Assembly: GCA_963716745.1 (NCBI GenBank)
Contig: OY970320.1
Location: forward strand, 1,984,001-2,048,000
Length of the DNA stretch: 64,000 nt
Direction of reading: 5' to 3'
Source: an uncultured Gemmatimonadaceae bacterium
GTDB taxonomy: Bacteria; Gemmatimonadota; Gemmatimonadetes; Gemmatimonadales; Gemmatimonadaceae
Position 1 is the first letter of the stretch. Every line of letters begins with the position of its first letter. A model generated the notes under the pieces. The model was not told the origin of the DNA. It saw nothing but the letters and a program-made list of their open reading frames with translations, and made no database searches. The position numbers and the translations under genes were made by a program. Positions 40,885 through 53,491 of the stretch are shown here, one piece after another.

Positions 40885-42629
40885 GTGCCTTCGCGGACTT
40901 CCACGTCGGGTTCGGCGCCGATGCGGCGGCACCGCCGGCCACGCGCCTTCTCGATGTGCCATGGCGCGCGGCCGGCGCGCTCGCGGGGTCGTGGAACGCG
41001 TCTATCGCGGCGGCGCCACGAAGCGCGCTCGTGCAGACGCGCGATGTTGCGCCATGGAGCGTCTGGCTGCTCGGAGAACTCGTGCGCTACGACGCGCTCG
41101 TTGCACCGGCGGACCCGCTCGGCGCTTTCGTGATGGACTTGCGCGCAGGACGCGCGAACGCGGTGCTGCTGGATGGACACTTCGTGATCTTCGCCTGGAA
41201 CGCCGACACGCGTGAATGGCACGTTTGGACGAATCGGTTCGGAACGGTGCACGCATACTCGGCGCTCGGCGCGAAACGCTCGGTGCTCGGCACGTTCCAT
41301 CCCGCGGTCTCGAAGAGCGTCGAGGCGAAACGCCTCGACTGGAGCGCGCTGAGCGGATTCTTCGCGACGGGCTACTTCCCCGAGGACCGCACGCACTTCG
41401 AAGAAGTGCAGATCCTGAGGCCGGCGTCGCACTATGTGTTCGATGTCACCGGGCTGATCGTGCGCGAGGAGCGCTATTGGCAGTGGGAGCACCGGCCCGA
41501 CCGGGCTCAAGGATTCGACGCGGCGCTCGAGAGGTTCGGTGACACACTCGGCACCGTGATGCGCGAGCGCACCGCGACGGGCCGGATCGCCGTGCCGATC
41601 TCCGGGGGATTGGACAGCCGCACCGCGGTCGCACTACTGCCCAAGGACGCGAGCCGGCTTTGGTGCTATTCCTACGGCTATGGGAGCGACTCGGTGGAGA
41701 CCCGGATCGCTCGGAAGTCGCCGCGGCGCGCGCGCTGCGGTGCGATGCGTTCGAGGTGGATGAGTATCTCTTCGCGCGCATGGACGATGTGCTAGCGGCG
41801 ACCGAGGGTTTCAATGATGTCACTCAAACGCGCCAAGTACGGGTGAGCAACGAGCTGGACGCGCATGCCGACTCGGTGATCGCCGCGCACTGGGGGGACG
41901 TGTGGCTCGACGATGCCGGAGATGCGACCGAATCGGACGCGGTGCTCGGGCAAAGTTCTCAAGCAGGGAAGCGGTTGGCTGCTGGAGAAGTTGTGCGCGC
42001 CCCGGATGACAGGAGAACCCGGGCACAGGCCGTACGCGAGGGAGTCGAGCGGGAGCTCGCGCGCGTGTCGCACATCGCGGAACCCGAGTTCCGGATGAAG
42101 GCGTTCAAGACGGACACGTGGAGCTTTCGCTGGACCGTGACCGGCGTGCGCTCATACCAGCTCGGCGCGTTCCCGATTCTTCCGTTCTATGACGCGCGGA
42201 TGGCCGATCTCTTCTGCGCGCTGCCAACGGATTACGTGCGCGAGCGGCGCCTGCAGGTGGAATGGCTGAAGCGGTACGCTCCGGATCTGGCGCGCATCAC
42301 GTGGCAGCAGCACGATGCCGATCTCTACATGTACCGGTACGCGAACACGCTGCTGCTCCCGAAACGCGCGATGAAGAAAGCGCTGGCGGCTGCTCACGCG
42401 CCGGCCGGTGATCGAGCGGAATTGGGAAGTGCAATTCCTGTCTCCTGCCGGGCAGGGGCGATTGCGCGATGCGCTCACGCGGCCCGGGCGCCGCGTGCAC
42501 GAGTTCGTGAGCGCGGCGGCGATCAAGGAATTGCTCGACCGCTTCTTCGCGCGGCCGCTGGAGGAGAAACGCGGCTATACCGTGAGCATGCTGCTCACGT
42601 TCTCCGAATGGCTGGAGCGTTACGCGTGA
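40881..42629 (+). CDS. Asparagine synthase-related protein lacking the N-terminal Cys, frameshifted
   Basis: Degenerate glutaminase domain (DGHF, NRFG); PP-loop ISGGLDSR; PFYD; no MCG start. Confidence 0.75.
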
Positions 42630-43876
42630 GCCGCGCGCGCGTGGCGCTCGTCGTGGCGGTGTTCCCCGCGCGGTCGGAGACGTTCATCACGTCGAAGGCG
42701 CTCGGCCTCCTCGCCGCCGGCTGGGACGTGCGCATCGTCTGCCAGCGGTTCGATGCGAAACTGTTCGCCGAACTCTCGCCGCCGGAGCGTGAGGCGCTGC
42801 GCGGCCGGATCTGCGCGGCGTGGCCGCACCGGCCGAAGTGGCTCGCTGCGATGCTCGCGCCGATCGCGATGGTCCGCTGCCTGGCGAGGCGGCCTGTGGC
42901 GACGGTCAGATACCTGGCTCGCGGCGGCACACTGAGACAGCTGTATCTCGATGCGGATCTCATCTGCCTTCGATCACGAGCTGATCCACTTCGAGTTCGG
43001 AACGCTCGCCGTCGGGAAGAATCGATATCGGCCGGCTCCTGGGCGCGGCTACGGTCGTGAGTTTTCGCGGATTCGACTTGAACTTCGCCGGACTCGATGA
43101 TCCGGGCTTCTATGCCAGTGTCTGGAGGCGCGCAGGAGCGATCCACCTCTTGGGCGACGACCTTTGGCAGCGCGCACATCAGTCGCGGCTGTCCCGCCGA
43201 CAAACCGCACGCGCTGATCAGTCCGGCGATCGACGCCGGCTTTCTTCGATGCGCGACACGCCGAAAGTCATTGAGCCGGTCGGGTCCGCCGCGAGGCCGC
43301 TCAGGATCCTCAGCATCGGCCGCCTCGAATGGAAGAAGGGGTACGAGTATGCGCTTCAGGCAGCGCGCATGCTACGAGAGCGCGGCATTCACTTCGAGTA
43401 TCGTATCATTGGCGATGGCGAATTCCACACCGCCACGGCGTACGCGCGATACCAGCTCGGCCTCGCGTCGACGCCGTGACACTGCTCGGCGCACGGCCCC
43501 GGGACCGGGTGCGCGACGAGACTCGAATCGGGCGGACGTCCTGCTGCACCCAGCGGTCTCCGAGGGATTCTGCAATGCGGTGATGGAAGCGCAGGCGATG
43601 GCGGTTGCCGGTCGTATGCACCAATGCCGACGGCTTGCCGCGAGAATGTCGAGGATGGCGAGCACGGGGATCGTGGTCTCCAGGCGAGACGCCGGCGCGA
43701 TCACCGAGGCGCTCGCGCGGCTGGCGAGCGGATCCGGGCTTGCGCGCGACATGGGTGCCGCGGGACGCCGCGCGTGCTCTGTCGCACATTCCGACTCGAC
43801 CGACCAGATCGCGGCGTTCAGCGCGCTCTATGAGCGCGTCCTCGCGTTATCATTGGCGAATGACGGCGCGCGTTGA
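42626..43876 (+). CDS. GT4 glycosyltransferase (WcaL-like N-terminus), multiple frameshifts
   Basis: FPARSETFI, GRLEWKKGYEY and SEGFCNAVMEAQA. Confidence 0.8.
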
Positions 43877-45500
43877 TCTCATTTGGCTCGGAGCGGCCGC
43901 CGAGCCGCCCGCGTGGCCGTTCGGTGCGATGTACCGCGCCGCCGCGAACGCGCGCGCCGTGCACGAACTCATCGCCGCGCGCGCCGCCCGATCGACCGCG
44001 GACGCATGGCTCTTCTGGGATTCCGCGCTCGCCCCGCCCGCGCCGGAGCGCGCGCTGGAGCTGCTCGATCGTCCCGGCGATGTCTGGCACGCGGGCCTCG
44101 CGCTCGGATCGGCCGGCGCGCCGCGGATCATCGATCTACATAGCGCCCACATGGACCTTCAACCGCGACGCCGACGCCGCGCTGGAGGCGACGAGCTGGC
44201 GCGTGTCGATCCGCGCCTGTCTCGCGCGCACGAGCGTGCTGCGGTGGAGCGCGCCGTGACCCGAATTCGATTCGCTCGAAGGCGCCGCGCTCGAATGGGG
44301 CCACCGATGCATCACGAACGGCGTGCTGCCGCGCCACGCGCCGTCGCTGCTCGGCGCGCGCCGGCTCCGCGCGACGTCACGCGCTCACGCTCGCCGACGA
44401 ATTCCGGTTCGCGCGCGCGCGTTTCGGCGCCCGCTGGTGCGCGTGGGCCGCGCTGCGCGCCGCGATCGTCGGCTATGCGCGCTTCGAGGACATCGCGGAT
44501 GCGTATCTCGTGTCGCGCGCGTCCAGGCGCGCCGTCGCGGCCGCTCGTGCCCTACGTCCGGCCGAGCGCCCAGCGCCTGGCGCCGAGACCTGCCGTCACC
44601 GTGCTCATCCCGACGCTCGACCGCTACGAGTATCTGCGCACGATCCTGTCGCAGCTTGCGCTCGCAGACCGTGCGCCCCCTCGAGGTGATCGTCGTGGAT
44701 CAAACGCCGCGGCGCGCCGCGACACCGCCGCTCGAACGGGAGTTCCCCGATCTCCCGCTTCACACGATCGTCGCTCGAGCAGGCAGGGCAGTGCACCTCG
44801 CGGAACGCCGGTCTCGCGCGGGCGCGCGGCGAGGCGATCCTGTTCGTGGATGACGACGACGAGATCGCGCCGGATCTGATCGAGCGCCACCTGGAGCATC
44901 TCGTCGGTCGGGCGGCGCGGTCTCATCCGGCGTCGCCGACGAGCCGAGCGCCGGCACGCTGCCCGCCGCCTTCCGGATCGCGCGGCCGGCGGATGTGTTC
45001 CCGACGAACAACACGCTCGCGCGACGCGCAGCGCTCGAGCAAAGCGGGCTCTTCGATATCGCCTATGACCACGGCGCGCGCGCCGATGGCGACCTCGGGA
45101 TGCGCGTCTATCTTTCGGGTTCCGTGATGATGCTCGAACCGGCGATCTCCGTGCTGCACCATCACGCGCCTCGCGGCGGACTCCGCGCGCACGGCGCGCG
45201 CGTGGTCACGTACGCGAGCAGCCGCCGCCGGATCACGCACCGGCATCTGCCGGAGGTCACCGAGGTCTACCGCTCGCTCCGCTACTTCTCGGCGCGCGCA
45301 GGTGCGCGAAGCGCTCGTGCAATCCGCGGTCGGGCACGCTCAGCGCGCACGGCGGCGTCGCTCGGCGCGCGCTCAAATTGGTCTATGGCGCGCTCATGAT
45401 GCCGAACACGATCTGGCGCCTGCGGGCGCGGCTCGCCTCCGCGCGCGCGATGCTCACGAAGTTCCCGCAGATCCCCACGCTGCCGCCGGCGCCGCGATGA
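43860..45500 (+). CDS. GT2 glycosyltransferase with N-terminal extension, multiple frameshifts
   Basis: VTVLIPTLDR, VIVVDQ, FVDDD, GLFD and D.DLGMR. Confidence 0.75.
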
Positions 45501-47787
45501 AGCTCCTGCTGATCAGCTCCGAATTCCCGCCGGGGCCGGGCGGCATCGGGACGCACGCGTATCAGATCGGCGCTCAGCTCTCGGCGCTCGGCTGGGAAGT
45601 AGTCGTCGCGACGCCTCAGGATTATGCGCCCGCGGACGAGATCGAGAAGTTCAATGCGACGGCGCCGATCCGAAGTGGTGCGGCTGCGCCATATCCCGGG
45701 GCCGCCGCTCGAGGCGGCGTACCGATATCGCACACTCGCGAAGATCATTCGTGACTGGAGGCCGGACGCGATGCTCGCATCCGGCGAGCGGTCGGTCTGG
45801 CTCGCGGCGCGGCTCGCACGCATCCGCGGCACGCCATGGATCGCGGTGGGCCATGGCACGGAGTTCGGTACGCGCAATCGCTGGGAGCGCGCGCTCACGC
45901 GCGGCTCCTTCGGCGCGGCGAACGCGCGTGGTGTGCGTGAGCGAATACACCCGCTCCCGGATGCACGCCGCCGGCGTCCACGGCCGCCGCGAGCACGTGA
46001 TCCCTAACGGCGCCGACCCATCCGCTTTTCGGCATCTTGCCCGCGACAGCCGACAGCCGACGGCCGCAGGCCCGCGTGCTGCTTACCGTCGGCAACGTCA
46101 CCGAACGCAAAGGCCAGGAAGTCGTCATTCGCGCGCTGCCGGATCTGCCCGGCGTGCGCTACGAGATGATCGGCCTGCCCACGCGCGCGCCGGAGCTCGC
46201 CGCGCTCGCGCGGGAACTCGGCGTCGCCGACCGGATCGAATTCGTCGGCCGCGCGCCGCAAGAGGAACTGGTGCGGCGGCTGAACGCGTGCGACCTGTTC
46301 GTCATGACGAGCCGCAATACCGCGGGCGGCGACTTCGAAGGGTTCGGTATCGCGGTGGTGGAGGCGGCGCTCTGCGGGAAGCCGGCCATCGTGAGTTCGG
46401 GATCGGGCCTTTCCGAAGCGATCATCGCGGGTGAGACGGCGCTCGTCGTGCGCGAAGGAGACAGTGCCGACACGGCACGCGCGATCAAGGAACTGCTTGC
46501 GGATCCCGCGCGCCTGACGAAGATGGGCGCGGCGGCGAACGCGTACGCGCTCGCCGAGCAGACGTGGGCACATCGCGCCGAGCGGTACGATGCCGTGCTG
46601 CGCGAGGCGATGCGGCCGCAGGGGCGCAAGATCGTCGTGATCTCCGACACGCCTCATTATCGCCGCGCGGGGCGGATCGTGGGGTGGGGGCCCACCGTGC
46701 GGGAGCTGGACCAGCTCAGCACGCTGTTCGACGAACTGGTGCACGTCGCGCCGGTGAGCGATGAGACCGCACCGGCGAGCGCGTTGCCGTACGAGTCGGC
46801 GCGGGTGCGGATCCGCCCGCTCCGGCCCGAGCGGCGGCGAGCGGTTGGTGGACAAGTTCGGCATCCTGAATTGCGCGCCGGAGTATCTCGGGATCGCGTT
46901 ATCGGAGATGAAGGACGCGGAGGTCGTGCACCTGCGCTGTCCGGCGAGCGTGAGCATGCTGGTGGCGTTCCTGCTGCCGTTCCTCCGGCGGCCGGCGAAA
47001 CGCTGGATCAAGTACGCCGGCAACTGGAATCCGCGCGATGAGGAGCCGGTGTCGTACGAGCTTCAGCGCCGGTGGCTGATGAGGCCATGGCACCGCGCGC
47101 TGGTCACGGTGAACGGGAATTGGCCCGGGCAGCCCGCGCACGTGCGGGCGTTCTTGAATCCATCGCTCACCGACCGCGAACTCGCGGCGGGGCGCGCGTC
47201 GGCGGAGCAGAAGCAGTTCGACTATCCGGTTCGTCTGCTGTTCGTTGGGCGGCTCGAGGAGGCGAAAGGCGTGCAGGTGCGCGCTCGATGTGCTCACGCG
47301 ACTCAGCCGGCTGGGTTTCGCCGTGCAATTGGAGCTGGTGGGCGATGGACCGTCGCGGCCGGAGCTCGAGCGGCTGGCGCGGGAACGAGGCATTTCGGAG
47401 CTGCTGAAGTTCGCGGGGTGGGTACCGCACGGCGCGCTGGCATTGCACTATGCATCAGCGCATCTGATGCTCTTTCCAAGCCGAAGCGAGGGGTGGCCCA
47501 AGGTGCTGTCCGAGGCGATGGCGTTCGGCGTGGTGCCGGTGGCGAGCCGGGTGAGCAGCATCCCGGAATATCTCGTGCGCTTCGATCTCGGCACCGTCGC
47601 CGATCCCGGGGACGTCGAAGGCTTCGTGCAGGGCGTGCTCTCCTACGTGAACACGCCGGAGCGCTGGCGCGTCGAGTCACAGCGAGCCGTGAGCGCCGCG
47701 GAGCATTTCACGTATGGACGGTATCTCGTGAACGTGGCGGGGCTGCTCGCGCTCGCGGCTCCGAACGCGCCGGTGGCGGCGCCATGA
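45497..47787 (+). CDS. Tandem GT4-GT4 glycosyltransferase (fusion or two genes), frameshifted
   Basis: SEFPPGPGGI...EGFGIAVVEA, then in frame KIVVISDTPH...SEGWPKVLSEAMA. Confidence 0.75.
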
Positions 47788-49221
47788 GCGCGCCCGTGCA
47801 GGAGGTGCCGGTCGCGCCGCCGACCCTGCCGCCGCGCAGACCGCGAAGCATTCTGCCGCTGGAAATGACCGCAGGCTGGGTCGGGATCATTGTGTTCCTG
47901 CATGCGCTCTACGGGCTGATGATCGCGCGCTCATCGGCGATCGCGACTGCGCACGCTCTGCTCGACGCTGGCGCTCGCGATCTGGATCGCGCTTACGTCT
48001 ACCATGCGGCGGGTGGCGTTCGTATGCGCGTACATCGCGGGCAGCGAGATCCTCTGGCGCCTGGGGAAGGCATCGCTGCCATGGGAGTTCGGCAAATACG
48101 CGATCTGCCTCGTGATCTTCCTGACCTTTCTGCGCACCAAGCGGCTCAAATGGGACTGGCCGGTGATCGCGTACTTCGCGCTGCTCATACCCTCCACCAT
48201 CATCTCGTTCTCCGAACAGCCGTTCGATTTTGCGCGCAAGCAAGTCAGCTTCAACCTGTCGGGCCCGCTCACGCTGTCGCTCGCCACCTGGTTCTTCTCC
48301 GCGTGGCACCCCTCACGAGAGGATATCCAGCGGATCTTCGTTGCGCTCCTCGCGCCCATCGCGAGTCTCGCCGCGATCGCGGTCACGCACACCGCGAGCC
48401 TCGAGGACCTGAGCTTCACGGATGCGTCCAATTCCCAAACGAGCGCCGGCTACGGTCCGAATCAGGTCTCCACGATGCTCGGGCTCGGCGCGTTGCTCAC
48501 GGTGCTGCTCATCCTGCTGCTCGACCGTGGCGTGCGCGAACGCATCCTGTACGCGGGTCTCGGCGTGCTCTTTGCCGTCGAGAGCGCGCTCACCTTCTCA
48601 CGCGGCGGGCTCTTTTCGGCGTTCGGAGCCTTGCTCTTCGCGGCGCCGTTCGTCGTTTCCGGAGCGCGGAGCCGCGTTGCGCTACTGGTCGGCGCGGCCG
48701 TGCTGGTGGGCACCGTTGAGATCGTCATTCTCCCCCGGCTCGACTCGTTCACCCAGGGCGCGCTCTCCGAACGCTTCCACGACACGAATCCGACGGGCCG
48801 CGATGTCCTGATCCGGACCGAGCTCGAGACGTTCGCCCAGAACCCGATATTCGGCACGGGGCCGGCCGCACTGGACGACTATGGCGACATCGCTTCTTCG
48901 GTGCACACGGAATTCACCAGATTGCCGGCCCAGCATGGGGTATTCGGCTTGTTCGCCTTAGCGATGATGTTCGTGATCGCAGCGAGAGACTTCGCGCGGC
49001 AACAATCGGCGGCGGCGAAGGCGATCTGCGTCGCTCTCATCATTTGGAGCTTGCTCACGATGGGTCACGCGGCGATGCGGCTCGCGATGGCGCCCTTCGC
49101 CTTCGGATTGGCCGCGGCGATCTTCTTCGGCGCCGGCGCGAATGGAGTGCAGCGGCCCACTGCATTCGGCGCGAGAAGGCTTTCCAAGGGCAAGGATGTC
49201 TCGCGGGGAGCCGCGTTCTGA
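47784..49221 (+). CDS. O-antigen polymerase/ligase family (Wzy/WaaL-like) membrane protein, 5' frameshift
   Basis: About 12 TM segments; GPNQ, LTFSRGG, TGR, NPIFGTG and HTEF..L.AQHG. Confidence 0.8.
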
Positions 49222-50262
49222 GCCGCGCGAACGGCGACTTGCCGCGCCTCGCCATCGTCGGGCCGATGCTCGGCCGCAATCCCGGATACGTCACCACGCA
49301 GGGCGAATTCCTCACGGATCTCTTTCGTGAGGCCGGCTACGATGTCGTCTCTACCTCGGTGCATCCCGGCAGGGTGCGCCGACTCGCGGACATCATTCGC
49401 ACGCTGCGCCGTGAATTGGCGCGCGTGGATGCGCTGATCGTCGAGACGTACAGCGGTCCTTCTTTCGTGGTGGAGGACGTCGCTTCCCAGATGGGACGGA
49501 ACCATGGCAAGCCCGTCATCATGCACCTCCATGGCGGAGCGATGCCGGTGTTCATGCAACGTTATCCCGGCTGGACGACTCGCGTGCTCAAACGCGCCGC
49601 CGCAGTGGTGACGCCGAGCGCGTACCTCGCGCGCGTCGCGCAGCCGGTGGTGAGTACCGTGCGCGTGATCCCGAACATCGTGGAACTGGAAGGGTATCCG
49701 TATCGGCTGCGCGAACGTGTCACGCCGCGGCTCTTCTGGATGCGGGCGTATCATGAGATCTACAACCCACTCATGGCAGATCCGGGTGCTCGCGCGCCTC
49801 CGCGCGATCCTTCCCGACGCCACGCTGGCGATGGCCGGGCAATCGAAGGGGATGTGGCAGGAAGTCTCCCGCGAGGCGCACGAGCAAGGCGTCGCTGGCG
49901 CGTTCGAGATGCTGGGTTTCCTCGATGAGCACACGAAGCGCGCGGTCGCCTCGCGCTGCGACATCTTCATCAACACGACGCACGTGGATAATGCGCCGGT
50001 GGGCGTGGTGGAAATGTGCGCCATGGGACTGCCGGTGGTATCCACGAACGTCGGCGGCGTGCCCGATCTCCTCACAAACGAGGCGACCGGATTGCTGGTA
50101 CCCGACGGCGATGTGGAAGCGATGACGAGCGCGATCGTGCGATTGGTGCGCGACCCTGCGCTCGCCGCGACACTCTCCCGAAACGGCCCGGCGCTCGCCG
50201 CGCGATGCGCGTGGCCCGCCGTGCGGCCGCAGTGGGAACAGGTCCTGTCGGAGGTGGTCTAG
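49218..50262 (+). CDS. GT4 glycosyltransferase, frameshifted near 49775
   Basis: HLHGG, IPN and DNAPVGVVEMCAMGLPVVSTNVGG. Confidence 0.85.
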
Positions 50263-52104
50263 TGTGCGGCATCTGCGGCATCGCGGGGTCGCGGCGTCCC
50301 GCGGCCGACACGGAGCGTACGGTGCTCGCGATGCGAGAGACGCTCGCGCGCCGAGGACCCGATGATGCCGGCAGCTTCGTGGAGGATGGTATCGCGCTCG
50401 CGATCCGCCGTCTCGCGATCCTCGACCTCTCGCCCTTGGGACACATGCCCATGCCATCGCACGATGGGCGATACCGGATCGTGCACAATGGCGAGGTCTA
50501 CAACTACGTGCAGTTGCGCGAACGACTTGCCGCGCGCGGAACGCGCTTCCGTTCGCGCTCCGACACGGAAGTGATCCTGGAACTCTACGCGCGCGAAGGT
50601 CCCGCGATGCTCCACCGGCTGAACGGGATGTTCGCCTTCGCCATCTGGGACACGCAGGAGCGCTCGCTCTTCATCGCCCGGGATCGCATGGGCATCAAGC
50701 CGCTCTACTACGCGACCCACGAGGGTGCGTTGATGTTCGCGAGCGAGCAAAAGGCATTGTTCGCCGCGGGGGTGCCCAAGAGTTTCGATGATGAAACTTG
50801 GGAGGAGCTGCTCTGCTTCCGCTTCACGGCGGGAGAGCGCACGCCGCTCGCCGGCGTGAAGCGGCTGTTGCCGGGTCATTGGCTCCGGTGGCGCGATGGG
50901 CGCATCGAAACGGTGCGCTGGTGGAATCTTCGAGCGTGTGCATGAACGGAGATACGCCGGTACGGCGTCGGACGCGTGGTTCGCGGAAGCCTTCGATGAC
51001 TCCGTGTCGCTGCGGCGCATCAGCGACGTGCCGGTGGGCGTGCTCCTGAGCGGCGGACTCGACTCGAGCGCCGTCGCAGCGTCGCTTGCGGGCCAGACGA
51101 ACGAGCACACCGCCACGTTCACGGTGAAATTCGGAGCCGAAGGCTACGACGAGAGCGCACTCGCACGCGAAGTCGCCGGCAAGTGCCACTTCGAATATCA
51201 CGATCTCATCGTGCCCGCCGATGGGCTGCTCGCCGGGCTGCGCGATGCTTCGGTGCTCCGCGACGAACCGCTGGCGCACGTGAACGAGTTGCATCTCTGG
51301 CGCATCTCAGAGCTCGCGAAACCGCTCGTCACGGTGCTCCTCAGCGGCGAAGGCGCCGATGAGACGCTCGGCGGCTACGTGCGCTACCAGCCGCTGCGTT
51401 TCCTGCCGGAATTGTACGCGGCGCGCAACGTGATCGACGTGCTCGCCCAACTGCCGTTCGGACACCGCGTGGAGAAGATGGCGCGCTTCGTGGACCTCGA
51501 GAGCGCTCACGATTTCGTGCTCTACAATGCGTGCGAAGTACTGCCGCCCGATCTCCGCACGCTTGGCATGGAGCCCGGTGACACCTTCTCCGCACGGCGG
51601 CAGATGCTCGCCGAGGCCATGGCACTCTATCCCCGGGAGCCGGTGCGGCAGGCGATGTACCTCGATCAGCACGCGTTCCTCGGCTCGCTCCTCGACCGGA
51701 ACGACCGCATGACGATGGGCGCGTCCATCGAATGCCGAGTGCCCTTCCTCGATTATCGCCTAGTCGAGCGGCTCGCGTCGGCACCGTCGTCACTCCTTTT
51801 CTCCGGACTGCGTGGAAAGGCCGTGAGCCGTCGCGTGTCGGCCTCCCGGCTCCCCGCGTCCGTTCTCGCGCACAAGAAATGGGGGTTCGGCGTACCCTGG
51901 GACCGGTACTTCCGCGACGTGCCCGCACTGCGCGAGTTGATCGGCACGTTGCCCGCGCTCGAGCCGATCCGCAGTGGGCCGTTCGCCCGGAAGCGCCTCC
52001 GCGCGATGGTCGATGGTTTCCTGCGTGGAGAGGAGCGCGACAACGCATTGATCTTCCAGTTCGCCATGATCGCGATCTGGCACGACGCGTACGTGGCGGC
52101 CTAG
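50262..52104 (+). CDS. asnB: AsnB-family amidotransferase 3, frameshifted near 50930
   Basis: (M)CGICG, RGPDDAG, NGEVYN, SGGLDSS, SGEGADE and SIECRVPFLD. Confidence 0.88.
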
Positions 52105-53491
52105 TGGGACGACTCGAAGCGATCTACGCGAAGCTGCCCACCTGGGGGCAGCACGCCGCGGTGACGTTCTACGGCGCATACTGGCGCCGGCTGCGCTTCG
52201 GCCCGGGATTCTCCGATGCGCTGCGTGACTATGAGTCCCGCGATCGCGCATTGCTCGCCGAATTCTCCGCATGGCAGCAACAGCGGCTGCAGCGCGTGCT
52301 CTCCATCGCCGCCGATCACGTGCCGCACTACCGGTCCGCGTGGACGGATGCCCAGCGCGCCGCCGCACGCAGCGGCACGCTCAGCGCACTCCCAGTTCTG
52401 GAGAAAGAACCGCTTCGAAGTGATCCGCGCGCTTTCGTGCGGGACGACGTCCGCATCCGGCGGCCGGTGATCTTCCACTCGAGTGGCTCGACCGGGACGC
52501 CCATTGTCTCCATTCGCACGGTGGAGGAACTGCGGCGATCCATGGCGCTTCGCGAGGCGCGCTCGGCGCGTTGGGCCGGCGTGTCATTCTCGGAGCCGCG
52601 CGCGACCTTCTCCGGGCGCATGGTGGAACCGGATGCCACGAGCCGGGGGCCGTTCCACAGGTACAATGCGGCCGAGCGGCAGGTGTACCTGTCGCCCTTC
52701 CATGTGAGCGCGGCGACGGCGGCGAGCTACGTGGCCGCGCTGGAGACGCACGGCGTGCGCTGGCTCACCGGCTATGCCGTGAGCTACTACCTGCTCGCAC
52801 GATTCATCCTGCAGCAGCGCCTCAAGGTGCGCGGACTCGGCGCGGTGGTCACGACGAGCGAGAAAGTGACCCCCGAGATGCGGCGCGTCATGGAAGAAGC
52901 GTACGGCTGCCGCGTGTTCGAGGAATACAGCACCGTGGAAACGGCGCTCTTCGCGAGCGAGTGCGAGCGCGGCTCGCTGCATGTGAGTCCGGATGTGAGC
53001 GTCGTGGAACTCCTGCGTGCCGACGAACGCCGTGCGCTCCGGGCGAGGCCGGCCAGGTCGTGACCACGTGCCTGCTGCACGACCATCGGCCGCTCGTGCG
53101 ATTCCGGTTGGGCGACGTGGCGGCGTGGTCGCCGGAAGCCTGTGCTTGCGGCCGCTCGATGCCGGTGCTGCAGGAAGTCGTCGGCCGCACCGAGGACGTC
53201 GTGACGGGACCCGACGGCCGCGAGCTGGTGCGATTCCACGGTGTGTTCGTGGACCAGCCGCACGTGCGGCTCGGCCAGGTGGTGCAGGAATCCGTGGACC
53301 GGATCCGGCTGCGAATCGTCGCGGCGGACGGATTCGGAGCCGCCGATGAGCGCGACCTCATTGCGCGAGTGCGTCAGCGGCTCGGGCCATCGGTGCAGGT
53401 CACCGTGGAGATCGTGGATCGGATCCCGCTCTCGGCGGCGGGAAAGTTCCAGGCCGTGGTGTCGCACGTGACAGGGAAGGATCCACAATGA
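52104..53491 (+). CDS. Phenylacetate-CoA ligase-like / CapK-like adenylate-forming enzyme, frameshifted near 53025
   Basis: SSGSTGTP, TTSEK, YSTVE, RFRLGD, GRTED and AAGKF. Confidence 0.82.

Noticed and set aside
31226..52104. AsnB-like genes as lasso-peptide cyclases
   Set aside because: No precursor, RRE/PqqD or transglutaminase-like peptidase seen, and the context is glycosyltransferases
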